Positions 39,233-47,937 of a DNA stretch of 64,000 bases are shown here, one piece after another. How positions within the stretch are numbered: position 1 is the stretch's first letter; each line of letters begins with the position of its first letter. Under the pieces are notes generated by a model that was given only the letters and a program-made list of their open reading frames with translations, was not told the DNA's origin and made no database searches. The position numbers were made by a program, and so were the translations under genes. The DNA is from Syntrophorhabdaceae bacterium (GTDB lineage Bacteria > Desulfobacterota > Syntrophorhabdia > Syntrophorhabdales > Syntrophorhabdaceae), in the NCBI GenBank assembly GCA_963666485.2, contig CAXXUO010000001.1, forward strand, positions 928,001 through 992,000. Direction: 5' to 3'.

Positions 39233-40801
39233 ATGGACATACCGTATAAACCTTTTACGATCCTGGTCGTCGGGTCTTTCGCGCCAATCCCGGACGGGCC
39301 GCAGCGCGTGAAGATCCTCCCGGTCGATACCGTGAATGAAAGCCTGTCAGCACTCCGCCCGGCGGTATGGATACCGGTTGTGAAAGAGATATGCCCGGCC
39401 GGCGGTGTCGGGATATCGCCCGAAAAGATGAAGGACTTCACGCCGCAGGGCATGATGGGCCAGGTCGCATACCTGAAAGACCTCGGTGATGCACGGGATG
39501 TGATCACACGGTCGGCAGGCATGCCGCCGGAGAACGTAGCCGCGGCCATCGGTGAGAAGTGGCCCGAACTGCCCCTTGACCTCACAATCCCCCCCGCAGC
39601 GGCCAGGTCACAGTCGGGCACTGTCGACAACATCCTGTCCATGGTTGCCTCCGAAGGAAGTTCGGGCACTGTCAGTCACGGCGCCATGGAAGGCTCCCGG
39701 GCCTTATCGGTCCAGATCGAGAGGCTCATCGCCGGCGTCATGACGGCGATCTTTTCAGATGGATCTTTCCGGGAGCTCGAGGCCGCCTGGCGCGGTATCG
39801 AGCTCATCACAAAGCAGGGGCCTGCCGGCGGTACGAAAGAGACGCGCCTCGCGATCGTGAACACGCCCCGGGACGGGCTCGTCGACGCCCTGAGAGAACT
39901 TGGAGAAGTGCTGGAGAATGACCCGCCCGACCTTATGCTCGTCGACTTTGTCTTCGACAATTCCCCCGTCAGTATGGAATTGCTCGAAGAGGCGGCATCC
40001 TTGGCCCAAAACCTCATCGTCCCCGCAGTCGTCAACGCTTCGGCCGGCTTTCTCGGCCTGAAAGACTGGAACGAGATACATCACCTGCCGATGCTCGCTC
40101 ATTACATAGAGGACAACCCCGTTTACGCACAATGGTCGAAACTGCGCAAGGACCCGCGCGCGAACTGGCTCGCTGCCGCCTGCAACGAACTCGGCACCCG
40201 GCAGGCGTATGAAAAGGATTCAGGTGTCCGTGGTGTCAGCTTTGAGGAAGGGTCCCCGCCATGGGTCCATCCGGTCTATGCAGTCGGTGCGCTTGCCGCT
40301 CAGAGTCTAGCGCTTTCCGGATGGCCGTCGCGCCTTGTCGATGTGCAGAATGTGCGTCTCGAGGGCCTCGCCCTCCACAGATTCGAGGACGGCACAGAGG
40401 GTTCCACTGCGGCGGTGTTCTCTGTCGACAGGGTGCGCCAGCTTGGCGATATCGGCCTCATGCCGCTCACCGGGGCCGCCATGAAGGACATGGCCTTCCT
40501 TCCCTCGGCCCGGGCCATATCGGGGGAGGCGCTTGCCTTCCAGATGTTCTTCTCCCGCCTGACCGGGTTTCTCATCCGCTTGCGCGAAGAGACCGGGGCG
40601 TCAATACTTGAGGATGATGCCGCATCCTGGTTGACCCGGGCTTTTGAGACTTTCTTTCGCCTCACGGGCGGAACTCAACCGGGGGACCTGTCCGTCAGCG
40701 CATCGATGAATGAGGGAAGGCTGATATTCACAATAAGCCTTACCCCTCCGGCGACGATCTTAAGCGGTACAAGGAGGATATCATTCACATTCGCCTGGTA
40801 G
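39233..40801 (+). CDS. Divergent sheath-like protein with TssB-like N-terminus and TssC-like C-terminus
   Basis: PFTILVVGSF and MKDFTPQ resemble TssB; FRELEAAWRG, WSKLRKD..ANWL, PWVHPVYA and GWP resemble TssC. Confidence 0.7.
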   Translation: MDIPYKPFTILVVGSFAPIPDGPQRVKILPVDTVNESLSALRPAVWIPVVKEICPAGGVGISPEKMKDFTPQGMMGQVAYLKDLGDARDVITRSAGMPPENVAAAIGEKWPELPLDLTIPPAAARSQSGTVDNILSMVASEGSSGTVSHGAMEGSRALSVQIERLIAGVMTAIFSDGSFRELEAAWRGIELITKQGPAGGTKETRLAIVNTPRDGLVDALRELGEVLENDPPDLMLVDFVFDNSPVSMELLEEAASLAQNLIVPAVVNASAGFLGLKDWNEIHHLPMLAHYIEDNPVYAQWSKLRKDPRANWLAAACNELGTRQAYEKDSGVRGVSFEEGSPPWVHPVYAVGALAAQSLALSGWPSRLVDVQNVRLEGLALHRFEDGTEGSTAAVFSVDRVRQLGDIGLMPLTGAAMKDMAFLPSARAISGEALAFQMFFSRLTGFLIRLREETGASILEDDAASWLTRAFETFFRLTGGTQPGDLSVSASMNEGRLIFTISLTPPATILSGTRRISFTFAW

Positions 40802-41679
40802 CGTGTATCGCCGTCTGCATGGCCCTTTTCGTATCCGGCTGCGGCGGCGGGAAGACAGCAAAACCCGCTCCAAAACCTCCCGAGCTAAAGAGGGATTACA
40901 AGGACCATGACCCCATAAAGAAGGTCAAGCCCGGCATATTCCCCGGGGATGATGCATCCTGGACAGATGTCGACGGCTCGACACGCCGGAAGGCGTTCTT
41001 CAATGACCGGCTCACGCTGGAGATCGTCGAATCGCAGAAATCGGGCCTGACCGGGAACATTACGACGGGCCACCGGTTCAATGATACCGTCGGGTACATC
41101 GTGGCGGGAAGCGCCATGGTGACCGTCGGCAAGGAAACGAAGCAGATCTCTGCGGGCGGCGCGTTCGTCGTTCCTTCAAATGTACCGTACGGGGTTATCC
41201 CCGCATCGGATAAGGCGACAATTATCTACGCATATACCCCACCGCGCGAAGACCTGCGGCCGACTGCCCCTGCGGTCCGGCGCTTCCCCGACAACGAGAT
41301 AAAAAGCATCGTTTACAAATGGTTCGCCCTGTTCGACGAAAAGGCGAATGTCGCCAATCTCCTGGAATATATCGCCGAAACGGGCCTTTCCATGGAAATG
41401 GCGGACAAGAAGAAGGTCAATTCCTGGGCGCAATTCCAGGACTGGTACGCAAAATGGGCAAGCCAGGTCGATTCCTTCACGAGTACGGTCGATTCCGTCG
41501 CGGTCGGTTTTGATTATAACACAGGCCATTACAGGGCGGAGGCGACCGTGCGCTCGACGACAAAGACCCGTTCAGGCAAAAAGCTCACCAGTAAATGCCA
41601 GGTCACCATGGACCTCGTCGATACGAACTGGGGTGATGCGCCGAAGATAATCACGTACAAGGAAACGGAAATAAAGTAA
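40783..41679 (+). CDS. Lipoprotein with a cupin domain and a C-terminal SnoaL/NTF2-like domain
   Basis: Lipobox VSGC; cupin motif GHRF..TVGYIVAGS..VTVG..GGAFVVPSNVPY; C-terminal IVYKWFALFD...FQDWY. Start at ATT 40783 inferred from the RBS; first ATG is 40819. Confidence 0.7.
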   Translation: MHIRLVACIAVCMALFVSGCGGGKTAKPAPKPPELKRDYKDHDPIKKVKPGIFPGDDASWTDVDGSTRRKAFFNDRLTLEIVESQKSGLTGNITTGHRFNDTVGYIVAGSAMVTVGKETKQISAGGAFVVPSNVPYGVIPASDKATIIYAYTPPREDLRPTAPAVRRFPDNEIKSIVYKWFALFDEKANVANLLEYIAETGLSMEMADKKKVNSWAQFQDWYAKWASQVDSFTSTVDSVAVGFDYNTGHYRAEATVRSTTKTRSGKKLTSKCQVTMDLVDTNWGDAPKIITYKETEIK

Positions 41680-41688
41680 CGGCCAGTG

Positions 41689-44600
41689 ATGAACTACCTC
41701 ACCACCACAAAGTTCTCTTTCTCCTCCGATGCCCTGCCCCCGGACACGTTCGGTGTTGTGAGGTTCGCCGGGTCGGAGGGCCTGTCCGAGTGCTACACCT
41801 TCGAGGTCACCCTCGTGTCGGACAACCTGGAGATAGACCTCCAGGCGGTGATGGAGAACCCTGCACGGCTCACGGTCCACCGGTCGGAGGGGGACGACGT
41901 CTCCTGGCGCGGCATCCTTCTGTCCTTCGAGCAGCTTCACGAGGTGGACAAGCTCGCCTTTTACCGGGCCCACCTCGTACCGAGACTGACATGGCTCTCC
42001 TTCACGCAGCACAACCAGGTCTTCCTCGACAAGTCGGTCCCGGAGATCATCGAGGGGTGTTTGAAGGACGGGGGACTCACGGGTGCGGACTTCGAGATGC
42101 GGCTTCAGGGCTCCTACGACCCCATCGAGTACGTCTGCCAGTACGGAGAGAGCCACCTTAACTTCATCTCCCGGTGGTGTGAGAGGGAGGGGATCTACTA
42201 CTTCTTCGAGCAGACGGACCAGGGGGAGAAGGTTATCTTCACCGATACCCAGATATCCCATGTGCCGCTCACCCAGGGGATGAACCTCACCTACTCTCCC
42301 CCTTCGGGGCTCGAGACGGGCCACGAGAGGGAGATCGTCCGGTCCTTCCACTGCAGGATGAACTTAACGCCCCAGAGCGTGCTTTTAAAGGACTACAACT
42401 ACCGCAAGCCCTCCCTCGACGTGTCGGGGAACGCGGACGTGGACGCGAAGGGGCGGGGCCAGGTCTACTCCTACGGGGACCACATCAGGACGCCCGAGGA
42501 GGGGACGAGGATAGCGAAGATCAAGGCCGAGGCGCTCCTCAGCAGGAAGGAGGTCTTCGAGGGCGAGGGGTCTGTCCCCTACATGGAGCCGGGGTACACC
42601 TTCACGCTGAAAGACCACTACCGGAAGAACTTCAACCAGTCCTACCTCGTCACCGGGGTGAGCCACGAGGGGAACCAGACGGGGTACCTTATCGCGGGCA
42701 TCACCGCGGGGGACGAACAGAGAGGGGTGTGGTACAGGAACTCCTTCTCCTCCATCGTGTCCACCGTCCAGTTCCGGCCTGAGCAGAAGTCCCAAAAGCC
42801 CCGGATCCCGGGGACGCTGACGGCGAAGGTCGACGCGGCGGGGTCCGGGCAGTACGCGGAGCTCGACAGCCAGGGAAGGTACACGGTCATCGTCCCCTTC
42901 GACACGTCGGGAAGGAAGGACGGGAAGGCCTCCGCCCCCGTACGGATGGCACAGCCCTACGCGGGGGGAGACCACGGGATGCACTTCCCCCTCCACAAGG
43001 GGACGGAGGTCCTGCTGACCTTCATAGAGGGGGACCCGGACAGGCCGATCATACAGTCGGCGGTGCCGAACCCGGAGCACCCGAGCCCGGTCAACGCGAA
43101 CAACGAGACCAAGTCGATGATAACAACGGCAAGCGGCAACAAGATACACATAGAAGACCGGGAGGGCTCTGAACGCATCCTTCTCCACACGCCGAAACAG
43201 AACACCTTTTACAGAATAGGTGCGCACAACGACCCCTCCCTCGACGATGAACCGCCTCCAACACAGACCCCGACCGAAGAAGAGACCCAGGAGGATGACG
43301 ACGACCGCAAGGCCGGGTTCGTTCCCCTTGACGACTCGAGACCTTCCGGCGTTTACGGAGCTGCAGGGGCTGCCGCCGGGGCTGCCGCGACCAGCGGCGG
43401 AGATGGGGGTGACGACACCCCGCCGACACCGACGGAAACTGTTACTGTTACCCAGACCGTAACTCCCACGCAAACTGTTACACCGACGCAGACTCAAACC
43501 GCTACTCCTACGGAAACTCAAACCGTCACGCCGACGCAGACGGTGACGCCCACTCAGACTGTTACTCCTACGGAAACGGTCACTCCGACGGAGACGGTGA
43601 CACCGACGCAGACTGTTACGCCTACGGAGACGGTCACTCCGACGCAGACCGTGACACCGACGCAGACTGAGACCGTTACGCCTACTCAAACCGTCACACC
43701 GACGGAGACGGTGACGCCAACGCAGACGGTGACGCCTACGGAGACGGTGACGCCGACCCAGACTGTTACGCCTACGCAGACAGAGACGGTGACGCCAACG
43801 CAAACACAGACGGTGACGCCGACCCAGACTGAGACCGTTACGCCTACTCAAACCGTCACTCCGACGGAGACGGTGACGCCTACGCAGACGGTGACGCCTA
43901 CGGAGACGGTGACGCCGACCCAGACTGTTACGCCTACGCAGACAGAGACGGTTACGCCAACGCAAACACAGACGGTGACGCCGACCCAGACTGAGACTGT
44001 TACGCCTACTCAAACCGTTACACCTACGGAGACGGTGACGCCCACCCAGACTGAGACTGTTACGCCTACTGAGACTGTTACGCCGACCCAGACTGTTACG
44101 CCTACGCAGACAGAGACGGTTACGCCAACGCAAACAGAGACGGTGACGCCGACCCAGACTGAGACCGTTACGCCTACTCAAACCGTTACGCCTACTCAAA
44201 CCGTTACGCCTACGGAGACGGTCACTCCGACGCAAACAGTAACCCCTACGCAGACAGAGACGGTCACTCCGACGCAAACCGTTACGCCGACCCAGACTGA
44301 GACCGTTACGCCTACTCAAACCGTTACACCTACGGAGACGGTGACGCCCACCCAGACTGAGACTGTTACGCCTACTGAGACTGTTACGCCGACCCAGACT
44401 GTTACGCCTACGCAGACAGAGACGGTTACGCCAACGCAAACAGAGACGGTGACGCCGACCCAGACTGAGACCGTTACGCCTACTCAAACCGTTACGCCTA
44501 CGGAGACGGTCACTCCGACGCAAACAGTAACCCCTACGCAGACAGAGACGGTCACTCCGACGCAAACCGTTACGCCGACCCAGACTGAGACCGTTACGCC

Positions 44601-45664
44601 TACTCAAACCGTCACTCCGACGGAGACGGTGACACCGACGCAGACCGTGACGCCTACGGAGACGGTCACTCCGACGCAGACCGTTACGCCTACAGAGACG
44701 GTTACGCCAACGCAAACACAGACGGTGACGCCGACCCAGACTGAGACTGTTACGCCTACTCAAACCGTTACACCTACGGAGACGGTGACGCCCACCCAGA
44801 CTGAGACTGTTACGCCTACTGAGACTGTTACGCCTACTCAAACCGTTACACCTACGGAGACCCAAACTGTCACGCCAACACAGACCGTGACGCCTACGGA
44901 GACGGTTACCCCGACACCGACCCAGACTGTCACTCCGACACCGACCCAGACTGTCACTCCGACACCGACGGTCACGACGGCGGAGCCAACCACCGAAGAG
45001 TCGAAGCCGGGGCCCGAGGACTGGGGGAACTGGGGAATTGCCAAAAAAACTAAAGGTTTCTTTGATATCCGCGCCGCCACGGAGAATGAAATCGTGATCG
45101 GCGAGTCCATAGAGGCCATCCTGGGACTCAGAAACGAATGGGCCCTCGTTCTCGCCGTCAACGCCGCCCTCGCAGGTGTCTGCGAGGTCCAGGTCCCGAA
45201 ACACAGGTTTCTCCACAACTTCAAACAGGTGGTGGAGAAGGACCACCTCGAGGCCAACGAGATACAAACGGTCCAGCACGGTATCCAGACCCGCTATACC
45301 GACAAGCTCCAGAACATCCGCGGGGCCCTGACCCACGTCTACGCCGACAGGCTGGATGCTCTTGACCGGTCTTCCCAGACGGCCGGTCAAAACGTCGTCG
45401 CCCTCGGCAACCATACCCAGGCCCTCGAGAATGTGGTGCAAACGGAAGGGCAGGTCGTCCAGTCGACCGTTGATGCCCTCCATGCCATGGGCAACCAGAT
45501 GCAGACGGCGGGCAAACCAGATGCAGACGGCGGGGCAAAGAATACGGGGCTCGGGCACGATCATGAGGGACGAGGGCGTTCGGCTCAATCAAACCAACAC
45601 CCAACAGGTCGAGGTGGCGGCCGTGGGGCTGCATAATGCCGGCGTCATATTCGAGGGCCAGTGA
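41689..45664 (+). CDS. vgrG: VgrG1 with a ~600-aa acidic, Thr/Pro-rich insertion; apparent +1 frameshift near 45514
   Basis: VgrG motifs (QYGESHLNFISRWCEREGIYYFF, DYNYRKP, GMHFPLHKGTEV, GDPDRP). As read, the frame stops at 45636; removing one base at 45514-45516 extends it to TGA 45664 with a tail like those of VgrG2/3. Confidence 0.9.
43416..44990 (+). repeat. Coding tandem repeat (VTPT[Q/E]T / VTPTQTET)n, about 520 codons
   Basis: Read directly from the sequence: 18/24-bp units with synonymous variation and larger duplicated blocks. Confidence 0.95.
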
Positions 45665-47916
45665 TGAACTACCTCACCACCACAAAGTTCTCTTTCTCCT
45701 CCGATGCCCTGCCCCCGGACACGTTCGGTGTTGTGAGGTTCGCCGGGTCGGAGGGCCTGTCCGAGTGCTACACCTTCGAGGTCACCCTCGTGTCGGACAA
45801 CCTGGAGATAGACCTCCAGGCGGTGATGGAGAACCCTGCACGGCTCACGGTCCACCGGTCGGAGGGGGACGACGTCTCCTGGCGCGGCATCCTTCTGTCC
45901 TTCGAGCAGCTTCACGAGGTGGACAAGCTCGCCTTTTACCGGGCCCACCTCGTACCGAGACTGACATGGCTCTCCTTCACGCAGCACAACCAGGTCTTCC
46001 TCGACAAGTCGGTCCCGGAGATCATCGAGGGGTGTTTGAAGGACGGGGGACTCACGGGTGCGGACTTCGAGATGCGGCTTCAGGGCTCCTACGACCCCAT
46101 CGAGTACGTCTGCCAGTACGGAGAGAGCCACCTTAACTTCATCTCCCGGTGGTGTGAGAGGGAGGGGATCTACTACTTCTTCGAGCAGACGGACCAGGGG
46201 GAGAAGGTTATCTTCACCGATACCCAGATATCCCATGTGCCGCTCACCCAGGGGATGAACCTCACCTACTCTCCCCCTTCGGGGCTCGAGACGGGCCACG
46301 AGAGGGAGATCGTCCGGTCCTTCCACTGCAGGATGAACTTAACGCCCCAGAGCGTGCTTTTAAAGGACTACAACTACCGCAAGCCCTCCCTCGACGTGTC
46401 GGGGAACGCGGACGTGGACGCGAAGGGGCGGGGCCAGGTCTACTCCTACGGGGACCACATCAGGACGCCCGAGGAGGGGACGAGGATAGCGAAGATCAAG
46501 GCCGAGGCGCTCCTCAGCAGGAAGGAGGTCTTCGAGGGCGAGGGGTCTGTCCCCTACATGGAGCCGGGGTACACCTTCACGCTGAAAGACCACTACCGGA
46601 AGAACTTCAACCAGTCCTACCTCGTCACCGGGGTGAGCCACGAGGGGAACCAGACGGGGTACCTTATCGCGGGCATCACCGCGGGGGACGAACAGAGAGG
46701 GGTGTGGTACAGGAACTCCTTCTCCTCCATCGTGTCCACCGTCCAGTTCCGGCCTGAGCAGAAGTCCCAAAAGCCCCGGATCCCGGGGACGCTGACGGCG
46801 AAGGTCGACGCGGCGGGGTCCGGGCAGTACGCGGAGCTCGACAGCCAGGGAAGGTACACGGTCATCGTCCCCTTCGACACGTCGGGAAGGAAGGACGGGA
46901 AGGCCTCCGCCCCCGTACGGATGGCACAGCCCTACGCGGGGGGAGACCACGGGATGCACTTCCCCCTCCACAAGGGGACGGAGGTCCTGCTGACCTTCAT
47001 AGAGGGGGACCCGGACAGGCCGATCATACAGTCGGCGGTGCCGAACCCGGAGCACCCGAGCCCGGTCAACGCGAACAACGAGACCATGTCGGCGATCACC
47101 ACAGCCGGGGGGAACAAGATCCACATCGAGGACAAGGAGGGGACGGAGAGGATCCTCATGCACTCCCCGAACCAGAAGAGCTTCATCCGTGTCGGGGCGC
47201 CGAACGACCCCTCCTGGTGGAGCGACTACAAGGACCAGTGGAAGGAGTACGCCGACGGCGATGAATGGAACGCCCCTCCCGTCTTTGGCGGGATTGCCGA
47301 GAGCACCCAGGGGCTCCTCGACATCGAAACGAAGTGGGAGTTTTCCTTAATACTGGGCGAGTCCACGTCCACCGTTGCCGGGTTCCGCATGTGGTTCACC
47401 CTCCTTGCCGCCGTCGATGGCGTGCTCGGGGGAAGGGTGAACCTCCAGGCGCCCGACTCCTGGGCCCTGAAGAACGGCCATCACGAGGACGGTATTGACA
47501 ACCTGTACACGGCGGTCCGGGGCATTGTGTCTGCGGGGATCCGCCAGGACCTCGCCGTTGAGCGGAACGAACTGCTCGTTCACGAACGGGACCTGACCGT
47601 CCAGCGGACCCAGGCCGTGGGGAATCAAACGCAGCTCAGGACACAGACGATCGACAACAACGTCCAGAGGATCGACACGGCCCTGCAGAACACGCAGGCC
47701 CACGCGCAAACCCTGGTAACGACGGGAAACAACATCCGCGATTCGATCCAGGAGATCAACAGCATGGGCGCGCACCTGGATACCGCAGGCGACCATATGT
47801 CGAACGCGCTGCAGAACACCGAAACCCTTGGGGCCGCCGTCGAGAATGCGGGACTCTCCGTCACCGACGCCTCGGCCAATCTCACGCAGGCGGGAGGGCT
47901 TTTGCTGCGCAACTAG
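45664..47916 (+). CDS. vgrG: VgrG2
   Basis: N-terminal ~474 aa identical to VgrG1; distinct tail with 7-residue periodicity. Confidence 0.93.
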   Translation: MNYLTTTKFSFSSDALPPDTFGVVRFAGSEGLSECYTFEVTLVSDNLEIDLQAVMENPARLTVHRSEGDDVSWRGILLSFEQLHEVDKLAFYRAHLVPRLTWLSFTQHNQVFLDKSVPEIIEGCLKDGGLTGADFEMRLQGSYDPIEYVCQYGESHLNFISRWCEREGIYYFFEQTDQGEKVIFTDTQISHVPLTQGMNLTYSPPSGLETGHEREIVRSFHCRMNLTPQSVLLKDYNYRKPSLDVSGNADVDAKGRGQVYSYGDHIRTPEEGTRIAKIKAEALLSRKEVFEGEGSVPYMEPGYTFTLKDHYRKNFNQSYLVTGVSHEGNQTGYLIAGITAGDEQRGVWYRNSFSSIVSTVQFRPEQKSQKPRIPGTLTAKVDAAGSGQYAELDSQGRYTVIVPFDTSGRKDGKASAPVRMAQPYAGGDHGMHFPLHKGTEVLLTFIEGDPDRPIIQSAVPNPEHPSPVNANNETMSAITTAGGNKIHIEDKEGTERILMHSPNQKSFIRVGAPNDPSWWSDYKDQWKEYADGDEWNAPPVFGGIAESTQGLLDIETKWEFSLILGESTSTVAGFRMWFTLLAAVDGVLGGRVNLQAPDSWALKNGHHEDGIDNLYTAVRGIVSAGIRQDLAVERNELLVHERDLTVQRTQAVGNQTQLRTQTIDNNVQRIDTALQNTQAHAQTLVTTGNNIRDSIQEINSMGAHLDTAGDHMSNALQNTETLGAAVENAGLSVTDASANLTQAGGLLLRN

Positions 47917-47937
47917 CGCAAAAGGAACTGAAAAGCC

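Noticed and set aside
43416..44990. Possible CRISPR array
   Set aside because: Units are contiguous in-frame coding repeats without unique spacers, and there are no cas genes in the window.
42385..45588. 1067-aa Arg-rich minus-strand ORF
   Set aside because: Antisense shadow of vgrG1 and its TPT repeat; the repeat simply lacks stops in that frame.
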